Notes: generated from the letters alone by a model not told the origin. DNA of 64,000 bases from Candidatus Bathyarchaeia archaeon (GCA_037481775.1 JBBFKZ010000002.1:1-64000); one strand, 5' to 3'. Counted from the stretch's first letter, positions 8,926-19,702 are shown. Numbers and translations: made by a program.

Positions 8926-9906
8926 ATGAGTACCAACAAGAAGCTGAAAATAGCCTTCTATTGGGCTGCAAGCTGCGGTGGCTGTGAAATAGCGGTTTTA
9001 GACATAAACGAAAAAATTCTCGACGTGGTGAAAATCGCCGACATCGTGTTCTGGCCCGTAGCGCTTGACGTCAAATACAGTGATGTTGAAGCAATGCCTG
9101 ACAAGTACATCGACATCACCTTCTTTAACGGTTCCATCCGCAACAGCGAACAAGAGCACATGGCAAAGCTTCTGAGGCAAAAGTCCAAAACGCTTGTAGC
9201 GTTCGGTTCATGCGCACACGAAGGGTGCATACCTGGCTTAGCCAATCTGCATGACAGCAAAGAAATACTCGAGCACGTTTACCTGAAAGGAAAGTCAAAT
9301 GTTAACCCAGAAGGCATTATTCCCCAACCCGAAACCAAAGTTAACGAAGGCACGCTGGAGATTCCAGAATTCTACGACACCGTAAAAACCTTAGCGCAAA
9401 CAGTAGACGTAGACTACTACTTGCCCGGTTGCCCGCCCCCAGTTAAACTCATCATTAACGCCATAGATACCATCGCCAAAGGCGAACTTCCGCCAAAAGG
9501 CTCCGTACTTGCACCATTGAAGGCTGTTTGCGATGAATGCCCCAGAAAAAGAGAAAACAAGAGAATCTCCAAGATTTACCGAGTATACGAGAAAGCTCCT
9601 GAACCCGATAAATGCTTGCTCGAACAAGGAATACTCTGCATGGGCTTCGCCACGCGTAGTGGTTGCGGCGCGCAGTGCCTAAAAGTTGACATGCCCTGCA
9701 CGGCCTGTGGCGGAGCTGCACCTAACCTGCCGGAGCTGGGCTCTGGAATGATAACGGCTTTAGCCTCTATACTCGGCTACGACGAGAAAACCGCATCCCC
9801 CGAGGATGTTGAAAAACTAATGGCGCAAATAAAGGATCCAGTTGGCACGTTCTATATGTATTCTCTTCCAGCTTCAATTCTTCGAAGAAAGGTGATAAAG
9901 AAATGA
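8926..9906 (+). CDS. mvhG: [NiFe]-hydrogenase group 3c small subunit (MvhG-like)
   Basis: WAASCGGC, AFGSCA and LPGCPP motifs, and C-terminal Cys cluster (VCDEC, CLLEQGILCMG, C..C). Confidence 0.9.
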   Translation: MSTNKKLKIAFYWAASCGGCEIAVLDINEKILDVVKIADIVFWPVALDVKYSDVEAMPDKYIDITFFNGSIRNSEQEHMAKLLRQKSKTLVAFGSCAHEGCIPGLANLHDSKEILEHVYLKGKSNVNPEGIIPQPETKVNEGTLEIPEFYDTVKTLAQTVDVDYYLPGCPPPVKLIINAIDTIAKGELPPKGSVLAPLKAVCDECPRKRENKRISKIYRVYEKAPEPDKCLLEQGILCMGFATRSGCGAQCLKVDMPCTACGGAAPNLPELGSGMITALASILGYDEKTASPEDVEKLMAQIKDPVGTFYMYSLPASILRRKVIKK

Positions 9907-11357
9907 AAGAAATAAGCATAAACCCAATAACTCGCCTCGAAGGCCACGGCAGCATCTCCATATTTCTAAACGACAATGGCGAAGTGGAAAACGCATACTT
10001 GAAAATTCCCGAGCTGCGAGGTTTCGAGAAATTCTGTGAAGGAAGACGCGCCGAGCTGATGCCTCAACTGACATCGCGTATCTGCGGCGTCTGCCCCGTC
10101 GCCCACCATTACGCTTCAGTTAAAGCGCTAGACGCTGCTTTCAATGTTGAACCGCCATCCGCAGCCAAAAAACTCCGAGAACTAATGTATGCTGGCTACA
10201 TAATCTACGACCACACATTACACTTTTACTACCTAGGCGGACCAGACTTCATAGTTGGCCCAGACGCGCCGCCCGAAAAACGCAACATTCTAGGCGTCAT
10301 CGAAAAAGCAGGCCTAGACATAGCGAAAGAGGTCATAAAGCACAGAGCGTACGGCCAGAAAATAACCGAGATCATAGGCGGAAAAGCTACCCACCCCGTC
10401 TGCGGCTTGCCTGGAGGCATATCCAAGCCGTTGAGCGAGGAGAACAGGCAAGAAATCGAAAAGATGGCTGCTTCCTCTGTGGAATTTGCCAAATTAAGTT
10501 TGAAGCTATTCCACGACATAGTTTTGGGCAACAGCGCCTACGTTGATATGATCAAAAGTGACGCGTACACCATGAAAACATATTACATGGGCCTTGTGGA
10601 CGACAAAAACAAAGTCAACTTCTACGATGGAAAAATCAGAGTAGCAGATCCAGATGGCCGTGAATTCCTAAAGTTTGAACCGAAAGATTACCTCCAGCAC
10701 ATCGGCGAGCACGTTGAGCAATGGACATACTCCAAGTTTCCATTCCTGAAGAAAGTCGGCTGGAAAGGCCTAGTCTACGGAGCCGACAGCGGCATATATC
10801 GTGTAGGCCCGCTTGGGCGATTGAATGCGGCCGACGGCATGGCTACCCCGCTAGCGCAAGCTGAGTACGAACTGATGTACAAAACCTTGGGCGGCAAACC
10901 AGTGCACGGCACTTTAGCATTCCACTGGGCGCGCTTAATTGAGCTGCTTTACGCTGCCGAACGTGCGCTTGAATTGGCGAAAGACCCAGAAATCACGAGC
11001 ACTAACATACGCAATAAGCCTAGCGAGCCAGGAGAAGGCGTTGGCGTGGTTGAAGCGGCACGGGGTACACTGTATCATCATTATGTACTCGATAAAGACG
11101 CGCTAATCAAAGACGTTAACTTGATCGTGGCGACAACCAACAATTACCCTGCAATATGCATATCCATCCGCGACGCGGCGAAGGGCTTAATTTGCAACGG
11201 CAAAGTAGATCAAGGTGTGCTGAACAAGGTGGAAATGGCGTTCAGAGCTTATGACCCATGCTTCGCGTGCGCAACGCATTATGCAATCGGACAAATGCCT
11301 CTGACAATAGATGTCTACAATCACAAAAAGGAAATAATCAGGACGATAACGCGGTAA
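9903..11357 (+). CDS. mvhA: [NiFe]-hydrogenase group 3c large subunit (MvhA-like)
   Basis: PITRLEGH, L1 motif RICGVC, and L2 motif RAYDPCFACATH followed by a cleavable C-terminal extension. Confidence 0.93.
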   Translation: MKEISINPITRLEGHGSISIFLNDNGEVENAYLKIPELRGFEKFCEGRRAELMPQLTSRICGVCPVAHHYASVKALDAAFNVEPPSAAKKLRELMYAGYIIYDHTLHFYYLGGPDFIVGPDAPPEKRNILGVIEKAGLDIAKEVIKHRAYGQKITEIIGGKATHPVCGLPGGISKPLSEENRQEIEKMAASSVEFAKLSLKLFHDIVLGNSAYVDMIKSDAYTMKTYYMGLVDDKNKVNFYDGKIRVADPDGREFLKFEPKDYLQHIGEHVEQWTYSKFPFLKKVGWKGLVYGADSGIYRVGPLGRLNAADGMATPLAQAEYELMYKTLGGKPVHGTLAFHWARLIELLYAAERALELAKDPEITSTNIRNKPSEPGEGVGVVEAARGTLYHHYVLDKDALIKDVNLIVATTNNYPAICISIRDAAKGLICNGKVDQGVLNKVEMAFRAYDPCFACATHYAIGQMPLTIDVYNHKKEIIRTITR

Positions 11358-11693
11358 GAATTACTTCTCACTTTTTTATATTTTTGCTGGCGCATCGATT
11401 GCTTTTACAAGAAGCATAATTGGAAATGCAGAAAGTTTTTTCAAATTGCTTATCTCTCTTGCCGTCAGAAAATGTCCACTTTCCATCTGTACCGCTTATT
11501 TTCAAAACTTCATAATTAGTGACGCTTGAATCGCCTAATTTCTTCTCAAGCGATTTAGTTATGCGCGCGCATTTTTCGGTAGACAATTTGAGTATTGAAG
11601 AGGCAATTCAATAGAAGTTATTAACAGCAAAACTGTTATGCTAATAAATAATAGTAGTAAAGCTTATTTTCGCTTCTTTTACTTTTTTTACTA

Positions 11694-12200
11694 GTGTTCA
11701 AGGTGTGCGACGGCAAACATAATATCAAAGAGAAATTGCAAAACTGGTTTTTCAATGCAGAAAAAGTTGTCATAGCTGGAATTGGCAATCCCATGCGTAC
11801 AGATGATTTCGTCGGCAGTAAAATTGTTCAAGATTTAGAAGGCAGAGTTCTCGAGAAAGTCTATTTGATAAATTGTGAAACTGTTCCTGAAAGCTTCATG
11901 CAAGAAATTGTTGATTTTCAACCAAGCCATGTGCTTATTATAGACGCCGCTTTTCTCGGGCTAAAACCTGGAGAATCTCAGCTCGTCTTTCCCGAGCAAA
12001 TTGCCTCTTTCCCAGCTGTAACCACTCACGTGTTGCCTTTACGTATTTTCTGCGATTATATTGCAAAAACGACCGGGGCAAAAATTGCTTTACTGCTAAT
12101 TGAACCTGAAAACACTGACTTTGGGGAAGGCTTAACACCAACAGTGCAAGTGACCGCGGAAAAAATCACGAGAATACTAACTGATTTACTCGCAAAATAA
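11694..12200 (+). CDS. hycI: Hydrogenase maturation protease (HycI-like)
   Basis: GIGNPMRTDD, ETVPE, IIDAA and TTHVLPL motifs; next to mvhA. Confidence 0.88.
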   Translation: MFKVCDGKHNIKEKLQNWFFNAEKVVIAGIGNPMRTDDFVGSKIVQDLEGRVLEKVYLINCETVPESFMQEIVDFQPSHVLIIDAAFLGLKPGESQLVFPEQIASFPAVTTHVLPLRIFCDYIAKTTGAKIALLLIEPENTDFGEGLTPTVQVTAEKITRILTDLLAK

Positions 12201-12250
12201 ACGTGATTTCTGATCTTAAGAAAATATTTAAAAAGAGAGGGTATAGCTTC

Positions 12251-12745
12251 TTACTTTTTCTTTGCTTCTTGGAAGAGCTTCTTCACAGCACTGATTCTTG
12301 CCTTCTGCGCCAGCACATCACTCGTAACCAGCATTAAGGCTTCTTCAGGACACCACTTAATGCATTGTGGTTCGCCTTGCTCTTTACACAAGTCGCAGAC
12401 GTGAACAACTTTGGTCTCGGGATGTAGCATTATTGCACCGTAATCGCAGGCTTCAATGCACCAGCCACAGCCGTTACATTTGTCCATGTCCACCATTATC
12501 GTGCCTGTCTCTTCGGACTGCGTCAAGGCGTCACGTGGGCATGCAGCCACGCACGGCGGATCTTCACAGCGTCTGCACGTAACTGCCATATTCGCCAGTT
12601 GATTCACTCTGACTACGCGTATGCGCGATTTAAGTGGGTTGAAAGCTTTTTCCTTCGTCCAAGAGCAGATGTACTCGCAGATTTGGCAGCCAACGCACTT
12701 GTCTGGATCAGCTGAAACAAATTTTCGCTCATGAATCTTAACCAT
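12251..12745 (-). CDS. 4Fe-4S dicluster protein (AOR electron-transfer subunit)
   Basis: Four Cys-rich Fe-S binding segments (CVGCQIC, CRRCEDPPC, CNGCGWC, CDLC); 5 bp downstream of the AOR gene. Confidence 0.9.
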   Translation of the reverse strand: MVKIHERKFVSADPDKCVGCQICEYICSWTKEKAFNPLKSRIRVVRVNQLANMAVTCRRCEDPPCVAACPRDALTQSEETGTIMVDMDKCNGCGWCIEACDYGAIMLHPETKVVHVCDLCKEQGEPQCIKWCPEEALMLVTSDVLAQKARISAVKKLFQEAKKK

Positions 12746-12750
12746 TTTGC

Positions 12751-14610
12751 CTAAGCCTCCTGCTTGTCTTCAACTATGTTTATCAAGTCGTCCATGGCAA
12801 GCTCTTTCAGCTTTTTCACTGTAGGAACGCCTTCCAGCGTCCAACCGCGAGACTCGTAGTAATCGTCTAAGAGCAAGTCCAGTTCTTCCTGCGTTACTAC
12901 AGCCCCTTTTACGGGTCCCTCGTCAGGTATTGGCTCATTCATGACTTTCCATGGGAGAGTGTCATCTTTTCTGCTGAAGCCTTCTCTTATATTGATCAAG
13001 CGAGCAATCGTGTTAATTCTCTCGCCTGATTTTTTCAGCTCTTCTGCGGTCATGTCGATGCCAGTCACTAAACTATACAGCTTAGCCATGTCCTGTAGTT
13101 CCTTGTAGTAGGTGCCACGTGAAAACTTGCAGACTATGAATGAATCAATAAGCGCGTATACGTCTTCTAGGTCTCTTACCATTTTGCCTCTGCCCTTTTC
13201 AGCTTTTAAGCGGTCAACTTTGCCTTTTACGTCGAAAGCGTATGCGCCATGTCTATTGTGGTCTGCTCCTCGGAAGGAGACAGCGAAACCTAACGCGGCG
13301 GTTTTGAGGCATCTTAAGTCGTAGCCTGTGACTTCCAAGCCCTTGATGTGTTGCGCGAGTTTTTCGGCGCCTTTCCCTATTTTCTTCCCTGCAATTCTTA
13401 CACCTTCAGCTAGGATGTCGCCTATTCCTTCTCGTTTGCCCATTTTCTCGAGAATCTGCAGAAGTGCATCAGCGTTGCCGAAACTGGCGTCAATTCCGTC
13501 AAGATCTGCTTTTGACAAGATGCCTTTTTCGTAGCAGTCCATGGCGAACGCTACAATCACTCCCGCGCTGATCGCGTCCATGCCGTAGTAGTTGCATATC
13601 TCCATACCTTTTATTATGGCATCCAGCTTGTCGATGCCGCAGTACGGCCCCAGCGCCCACAATGTTTCATACTCCATCCGTGTCATCGTGCCCTTGTATG
13701 GACCTTCTGGAACAACAACCTCATGCTCACATCGCATTGCGCAACTGCTGCAAGCTATGATTTTCGCCACAAATTTATCGTTCAGCGCTTCTCCGCTGAC
13801 TTTTTCTGCGTTCTCAAAATGCGCGTTATTATAGTTGCGTGTCGGCATACAATGCAGCGCGTTGTGGACTAGGACGTTTTCTGGCGTGCCCAGCGTACGA
13901 TACTTTTGCGTTGCAGGCCCTTTCATTCTCTCATGGAATTCCTTCACCATGTCCATGAACTCGTCTGGCTTAGCTGGAACGATGTCGCGTGTTCCGCGGA
14001 CAGCGATGGCTTTGAGATTCTTGGAGCCCATCACAGCGCCTAAGCCTGTTCTCCCGGCCGCGCGTGTTTTCTCGTTAATTATGCAAGCTATCCGAGAAAG
14101 CTTTTCTCCAGCTACGCCTATTGCTGCAACACGTATGTAGTAATCGCCTAGTTCATCTTTGATGGCGTCTTCAGTTTCGGCTGGGGATTTGCCGATAAGA
14201 TGCGCTGCGTCCAGCAGCTGCACTGAATCGTCGTCTATCCATAGGTAAACGGGTTTTTCCGCCTTGCCCTTTAGAATCACTGCGTCGTACCCGGCTCTTT
14301 TTAGTTCTGCGCCAAATGTGCCGTGGGCAACTGCTTCGCCTATGCCGAACGTGGCTGGTGATTTTGCCACGAAGGCATGTCCGTTTCCTGCCGTTGGAAA
14401 CATTGTACCTGAGATTGGGCCGAGCGCCAAAACAAGCGGGTTGTCTGGGCTTAAGGGGTCAACTCCTGCTTTGGAGTTGTCTAGCCATAAGCGCATGCCT
14501 AAGCCTATTCCGCCGATGTATTTTTTCGCGTAATCTTCACTTAACTTTTCAACACGGGTTTTCCCCGTGCTTAAGTCAACATAAAGGATTCTTCCAGCGT
14601 AACCGTACAA
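12751..14610 (-). CDS. aor: Tungsten-containing aldehyde:ferredoxin oxidoreductase
   Basis: GYAGRILYVDLS, GRTGLGAVMGSKNLKAI, CSSCAMRC, EYET, GMDAIS and YYESRGW motifs. Confidence 0.93.
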   Translation of the reverse strand: MYGYAGRILYVDLSTGKTRVEKLSEDYAKKYIGGIGLGMRLWLDNSKAGVDPLSPDNPLVLALGPISGTMFPTAGNGHAFVAKSPATFGIGEAVAHGTFGAELKRAGYDAVILKGKAEKPVYLWIDDDSVQLLDAAHLIGKSPAETEDAIKDELGDYYIRVAAIGVAGEKLSRIACIINEKTRAAGRTGLGAVMGSKNLKAIAVRGTRDIVPAKPDEFMDMVKEFHERMKGPATQKYRTLGTPENVLVHNALHCMPTRNYNNAHFENAEKVSGEALNDKFVAKIIACSSCAMRCEHEVVVPEGPYKGTMTRMEYETLWALGPYCGIDKLDAIIKGMEICNYYGMDAISAGVIVAFAMDCYEKGILSKADLDGIDASFGNADALLQILEKMGKREGIGDILAEGVRIAGKKIGKGAEKLAQHIKGLEVTGYDLRCLKTAALGFAVSFRGADHNRHGAYAFDVKGKVDRLKAEKGRGKMVRDLEDVYALIDSFIVCKFSRGTYYKELQDMAKLYSLVTGIDMTAEELKKSGERINTIARLINIREGFSRKDDTLPWKVMNEPIPDEGPVKGAVVTQEELDLLLDDYYESRGWTLEGVPTVKKLKELAMDDLINIVEDKQEA

Positions 14611-14964
14611 TCGCCTTTTCCTCCATGTTCATGTGGTTATTAGTTCTGTGAAAACTATATTAACTTAATGGGCTACGCTGTTAGGATTCAATGAGTGATT
14701 ACACCTGCTACCCTGCTGTTGACCAATGATTTTAGTTTTTGCAGTGGACTGTGACGTCGTGTAGTTTAGGTAAGCTGTGAAGCGTTTGCGCTCGTCTATT
14801 TGTGCAAATCCATTTTTGATTCAAATATGCTGGAACGGTAATCCTCCGTATCAGAAAAGTGTCATGTTTCTATACTTAACAAGACCTTAAAAGTTCGGTT
14901 GGCTTCAAAGAAATCTAAATCGTCGGACCTGAAAAGGCGATACAGAAACCATATTGCTTGTTGT

Positions 14965-15435
14965 TTAGGCTTGGGTCTGGCGGGTTCCTAATGCAAGTTC
15001 TATAAACTCGCTCAGAGTTAGATGTCTAAATTCCCATGTTGGGTTTCCATACCTAAGCCCAGAACACATGGTATCCGCGTAAACGAAAAGTTTCATTCCG
15101 CGGTAATCGTATGCGGCTTCGCGTGCTTGCCCATATTTTGGCTCTGACATCACTTTGAAGGGCCATAGCTTACATGCGATAGGTTTCATGTTTTGTAAGC
15201 CGCAGTAATATGTGTTCCCCAGATTGCATAGGAATGTGCAGGAGCCGTCGCCGGCTCTTTTGATGTATAACCTGTTTAAGCCTGCAACGGTTTTTTCAAC
15301 ACCGAATGTTTTGACGATTCCGAGCCATTCTGGAAAGTTTAATACCACGCTGTAAAGTTTGCAGCATACGCCGCATGCTATGCATCGCCAATCAGCGATA
15401 TTTTGCCATGGAACAAAGCGCATTGCGAAACACAT
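14965..15435 (-). CDS. YkgJ-family (CxxCxxCC) Zn/Fe-chelating protein
   Basis: WRCIACGVCC, CTFL, YYC and KPIACKLWPF motifs. Confidence 0.82.
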   Translation of the reverse strand: MCFAMRFVPWQNIADWRCIACGVCCKLYSVVLNFPEWLGIVKTFGVEKTVAGLNRLYIKRAGDGSCTFLCNLGNTYYCGLQNMKPIACKLWPFKVMSEPKYGQAREAAYDYRGMKLFVYADTMCSGLRYGNPTWEFRHLTLSEFIELALGTRQTQA

Positions 15436-15490
15436 GCGAAAATAGACAATGTGTAAATTAAAAATATTTTTTGCGGGAAACTAAAGGTAA

Positions 15491-15967
15491 CTATGGTTTT
15501 TGGTACAAATAAATTGTGTGTGAAGGATAACCTAATTTGGGGTTTTCGCAGAAATTCTCAACTTTTAAGGGTTTCCAGCCCACAATTTCATAGTCATGGG
15601 AAACCACACGAGCGCCCTTTTTAAGCTCATTTTCCAGCTTTGGTCTAATTTTTTCGTTTGCGCTAGTTGTTAAGTAAAGAAAAACTACATCGGCAGAGCT
15701 TAAATTAACATTGAACATGTCGCCGTTAACTATTGTAACCCTGTCTGTGAGCCCGTTCTCGTGAATTGTGTTAAGCGCTTTTTTAGCCAAGTCTTCTCTT
15801 AACTCGATGCCTACCGCCCGAGCGCCGAAGTTTTTCGCTGCCATTATCACTGCTCTTCCCTCTCCTGCGCCGAGGTCAAATAGAACTTCGCCGGCTTTTA
15901 AATCAGCTAATTTGAGCATGTATTCAATGACTGGAAGAGGAGTTGGAACGAAAGGCGCAATAAACAT
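15491..15967 (-). CDS. SAM-dependent (protein-lysine-type) methyltransferase
   Basis: MFIAPFVPTP, FDLGAGEGR and VVSHDY motifs. ATG at 15967 has an upstream GGAG. The longer ORF-track start overlaps the next gene. Confidence 0.88.
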   Translation of the reverse strand: MFIAPFVPTPLPVIEYMLKLADLKAGEVLFDLGAGEGRAVIMAAKNFGARAVGIELREDLAKKALNTIHENGLTDRVTIVNGDMFNVNLSSADVVFLYLTTSANEKIRPKLENELKKGARVVSHDYEIVGWKPLKVENFCENPKLGYPSHTIYLYQKP

Positions 15968-16028
15968 CGTACAATTCTCCTTCAGTTTAAGAAGAGTATT
16001 TTTATCCTTAAAGAGTTTACGCATCTGT

Positions 16029-16355
16029 TTATGCCACATAGGTTTCTTTCTTCGGCGTCGGCCTTTTAGCTTCGCCGCATTTAACGCAGCTTTGAGCGCA
16101 CAACTCCAAATATTTCTCTTCATTCTTTGAGCCGACGGCTTCAGCGGCTTTGCGGCAGAGTTCACTGGGTTCGGTGCAGCCTTCTTCTCTGCAGAGGTTT
16201 GATATGTAACTGCAGATTTCCTGCACATCTTTAGGTTCCAGCACCGCGCGGTTTGTACGCACAATAAGGCATAACTCTCGAGCCATAACGCACGTTTTAA
16301 TGTACTTTATACGCTCAAGAACCTCAGCTCGCAGTTTTTTCCTGCTTATTTCCAC
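16029..16355 (-). CDS. Cys-rich hypothetical protein
   Basis: 108-aa ORF with a helical, Cys-rich pattern (CSYISNLC, CAQSCVKC) and an upstream GGAG. Confidence 0.7.
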   Translation of the reverse strand: MEISRKKLRAEVLERIKYIKTCVMARELCLIVRTNRAVLEPKDVQEICSYISNLCREEGCTEPSELCRKAAEAVGSKNEEKYLELCAQSCVKCGEAKRPTPKKETYVA

Positions 16356-16504
16356 CTTTTTAAGGTCTCCTAAACTTGATATAAATGTTTACGGCACAAT
16401 AAGTAACTTTTCACTTAAATAGTTGTTGTTAACGATTAAGCCTTCTAGCAATTGCGCAGTTGAACAGAAACTGTTTACGTCATAAGGCGCTTGCTTGATG
16501 TTTT

Positions 16505-19375
16505 CTACCTGAACCGCTTGCTTAGCGCTTTGCGTTCCGCCTCAAGAATCAACTCGTAAAATTTGTCGCCGAGTTTAGGTTCCTTTTCAAGTACGCCTGC
16601 AACATCTGATGGCCGGACCTTGCGTGCGCTTAGAGCCACCGCAGCCGCTTTACCATATTTTGCCGTTAACTCCGCGGTCTGTAATGCCTGCATTTTAAGT
16701 TTCTCTTCATTTATGGTGAGCTTTTGTCCTTTCTTTTCAATCAGAGGCAGCACCTTTTCCTCTTCCACTTTCAAGAGCCCAATTGCCTGTGAACCGCAAC
16801 GGGGGCATTTAGGTTTTTCAGGTAAGTTCTTGATTTGCAACATTTCTGCGTAATCCCAGCAGTTAGTGCACACAAAATTGCCTGTTTCGTTAAGCAGCCG
16901 CGCCTTGGCGGACTCCACAAGCACAGCTCTCATCCGCTCAGGCGGAATAAGGTCTGTTTTCATGCTTACCCTCTCGATGCCTACACGGGCAACTGGAGTC
17001 GCGGTTCCACCCGTTTCTAAAACTTGTAAATTTATTTCTTTGCTTTGAATCTTGTTCAGCACATTGATGAGGCCGTCTGCATCAAGATCCTTTGTGAAAA
17101 CTTCCTTCAAGCCTTCTTCGTAGATTGGCGTGTTTTCGAAACTCGTTATCAACTTCTGAAGGCTAACGTTGCTGAAGTCTGCCCACTTCTTTAAGGCGCC
17201 AAAACGGCGGGCCACATGAATCATGCGGCGCTTGAAGAGGCCAGTCTTCACCGTCGACTTTGTAAGCAAGTCTCTAATTGATTCTTCAGGCATTGAGACT
17301 AACTCGTTGAAAATTTCAAGGATGCGCAGCGCGTTAAACGTGCCCATTGTTTGCACGAAAATGCGGTATGGGTCGTGTTGAACAACGATGCCGTGCCCAA
17401 GCTTATCTGAAAGGACTTGCCCGAGGAGCTGCGCTAAGGCTCTGTTCGTAAGCGAGCCAAAGTTAGCGTGGATTATGACAAAATCTTCCCAGTCTTCGAG
17501 GACTATGCGCTTATCTGTGGGCACAGTTAAGCCAGCGTTCACTTGTTCTATTGTCTCAGCCAATGCACGTAGTATTGTATCCTTGTCGGCAGGATACCGC
17601 TCGCAAAGCAACTTGCTGATTTCTTCTGGTGATAAACCACTTTTCAGTTTTTCCTCGACAAACCCTCTTATCCAAGCTACTTCCTGCGCTATTTGGAAAG
17701 GCACTGGAATTTCTTCGCCGATCCAGCTTGGAATGGCACCTGTGGCGTCATCAACAGGCCGCACGTAAACCTTGTCTTCGGTGGTATAGACTATTTTCCA
17801 TGGACTGCCGCGGATAATAAATTTGGTGCCGGCCTTACCATACTCGGCTATGAAGGCTTCATCAAGCACTCCAATCGATGAGTCGGTGGATTCGTCAATT
17901 ACTAGAAACTGTTTTTCGACAGGAATCATGGACAAGTTATCAAAGTAGTACTCAAAGAGCGCCTTGGTTCGCTGCGGTTTCAAAACCACTTGGTCCTCAA
18001 AGGAAACCCAGGCTAAACGTGGAAAACGCCCATGCATGTAACTGAGTATTTTTTCCACATCCTCCAAAGTTAGGTTCTGATAGGGATAAGCGTTTTCAGC
18101 TATCTCCAAGATTTCATTAAACGCTAAGCGTTTGTTCTTAAGAAGTAAACCTGCGATTTGATGTGTTAAGGCATCGTATGGTTTAGGCGGGATCTCAACA
18201 GGCTCCAACTCTTCCTTCAAGGCTTTTCTAGCAATTACCAGCGCCTCTAAAGTGTCGTCAGAATCCATGCCAATAATTATTCCTTCTGCAACATGGCCCA
18301 CGCTGTGGCCTGCGCGGCCCACCCGCTGAATAAGTCTTGTAACCTGCCGCGGGCTCATGTACTGAATAACCAAGTCGATACGGCCTACGTCTATGCCGAG
18401 TTCGAGGCTGCTGGTTGCGATAAGCCCCTTAAGTGAACCTCTTTTCAGCCCCGTTTCTGCCGCTATGCGCGATGGTTTGGCAAGAGAACCATGGTGAATG
18501 GACACTGGGAAGTCTATGTCCCATACTTTGAATCTGCTTGCCAGCACCTCTGAAACGGAGCGGGTGTTAGTGAATAAGAGCACGGATTTCCGCTTACTCA
18601 TGTAGTCGCGAATTACCCTTAGCCGCGCTGCCACTTCTGGATGTGTATAAAGCTGCTCTGCAAGTTTCACGTCATCTTCGGTTGGCTGCGGAAAAATCAC
18701 TTGTAAACGCATCATTTTGGCAACAGGCACACGAATCATCTCAACCGCGCGTACGTCGCCTACCAGAAACTGCGCCACCTTTTCTGGGCTACCAATAGTG
18801 GCGGATAACCCTATGGTTTGAAAGTCTTTGCCTATGAGGCTTCGGATGCGTTCCAAGGCCAGAGACAGCTGGCTTCCGCGTTTGCTGTCCGCAAGCTCGT
18901 GTACCTCATCAATTATAACCCACCGCAGACTCTGCAGATGCTGCCTCAGTAACCAGCCGGATAGTATCGCTTGCAAGGTTTCAGGCGTGGTTATCAATAT
19001 GTCTGGTGGGCTCCGCGATTGCCGCGCTCTCTCTTTTAAGTCAGTGTCGCCGTGGCGAACTGCCAGTTTTATATCTAAATTGCTGCACCACCACTCAAGC
19101 CGTTCCAGCAGATCGCGGTTTAAAGCCCGCAACGGCGTGATATACAGCACTTTTATACCGGGCGTCTGCGGCGACTGCAATAACATGCTTAGTACTGGGA
19201 GAAACGCTGCTTCAGTTTTGCCCGTAGCTGTGGGCGAGATAAGTAGCACATTTTTGCCTTCAAGAATCTTGGGAATAGTCTGTTTCTGAGGCTCAGTTGG
19301 TTTAGGGAATCCTTTTTGCTCAACGAGCCTTCGAACTGGCTTCACAAGTAACTCAAAAACATTTTCATTAGACAC
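16505..19375 (-). CDS. lhr: Lhr-like ATP-dependent SF2 helicase
   Basis: PTATGKT, DEVHE, GLSAT, HHGSL, SSLELGID and QRVGRAGH motifs, plus C-terminal Zn finger. Probable GTG start at 19375 (ORF is open to 19426). Confidence 0.93.
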   Translation of the reverse strand: MSNENVFELLVKPVRRLVEQKGFPKPTEPQKQTIPKILEGKNVLLISPTATGKTEAAFLPVLSMLLQSPQTPGIKVLYITPLRALNRDLLERLEWWCSNLDIKLAVRHGDTDLKERARQSRSPPDILITTPETLQAILSGWLLRQHLQSLRWVIIDEVHELADSKRGSQLSLALERIRSLIGKDFQTIGLSATIGSPEKVAQFLVGDVRAVEMIRVPVAKMMRLQVIFPQPTEDDVKLAEQLYTHPEVAARLRVIRDYMSKRKSVLLFTNTRSVSEVLASRFKVWDIDFPVSIHHGSLAKPSRIAAETGLKRGSLKGLIATSSLELGIDVGRIDLVIQYMSPRQVTRLIQRVGRAGHSVGHVAEGIIIGMDSDDTLEALVIARKALKEELEPVEIPPKPYDALTHQIAGLLLKNKRLAFNEILEIAENAYPYQNLTLEDVEKILSYMHGRFPRLAWVSFEDQVVLKPQRTKALFEYYFDNLSMIPVEKQFLVIDESTDSSIGVLDEAFIAEYGKAGTKFIIRGSPWKIVYTTEDKVYVRPVDDATGAIPSWIGEEIPVPFQIAQEVAWIRGFVEEKLKSGLSPEEISKLLCERYPADKDTILRALAETIEQVNAGLTVPTDKRIVLEDWEDFVIIHANFGSLTNRALAQLLGQVLSDKLGHGIVVQHDPYRIFVQTMGTFNALRILEIFNELVSMPEESIRDLLTKSTVKTGLFKRRMIHVARRFGALKKWADFSNVSLQKLITSFENTPIYEEGLKEVFTKDLDADGLINVLNKIQSKEINLQVLETGGTATPVARVGIERVSMKTDLIPPERMRAVLVESAKARLLNETGNFVCTNCWDYAEMLQIKNLPEKPKCPRCGSQAIGLLKVEEEKVLPLIEKKGQKLTINEEKLKMQALQTAELTAKYGKAAAVALSARKVRPSDVAGVLEKEPKLGDKFYELILEAERKALSKRFR

Positions 19376-19702
19376 ATGTAATCCCGAATGAACCTTCAAA
19401 TGGCAGAAGACTAAGCGGGAAATCAACGGTAAAAATGTTTTGGAAAACTTTCAAAAGATAGTATATTATAAGCAGATGTTTCCGTTTTTAAAGCGTGTGT
19501 GAGGCGTGAAGTATAATGCTGATGAGTTGCTTGCATTTTGTTTACGCTATGTTTAGCCATTTTATACGAGTTTCAACACTTTTTAACATAAAAATGTATA
19601 ATTTTAATGTTTAAACGTGAATTTTCTATTTAAAAACAATGGAAAGTTATTTATCCACCATCATGAGAAACCATGGAAACGTAACATTACGGAGGAATCA
19701 AA

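Noticed and set aside
11248-11280. Selenocysteine in the hydrogenase L2 motif
   Set aside because: DPCFAC is encoded with ordinary Cys codons.
11368-11586. 72-aa minus-strand ORF between mvhA and the protease
   Set aside because: No recognisable motif or RBS. It may be a remnant but cannot be supported.
15968-16264. N-terminal extension of the methyltransferase ORF
   Set aside because: It overlaps the 16029-16355 gene in another frame; the real start is ATG 15967 with an RBS.
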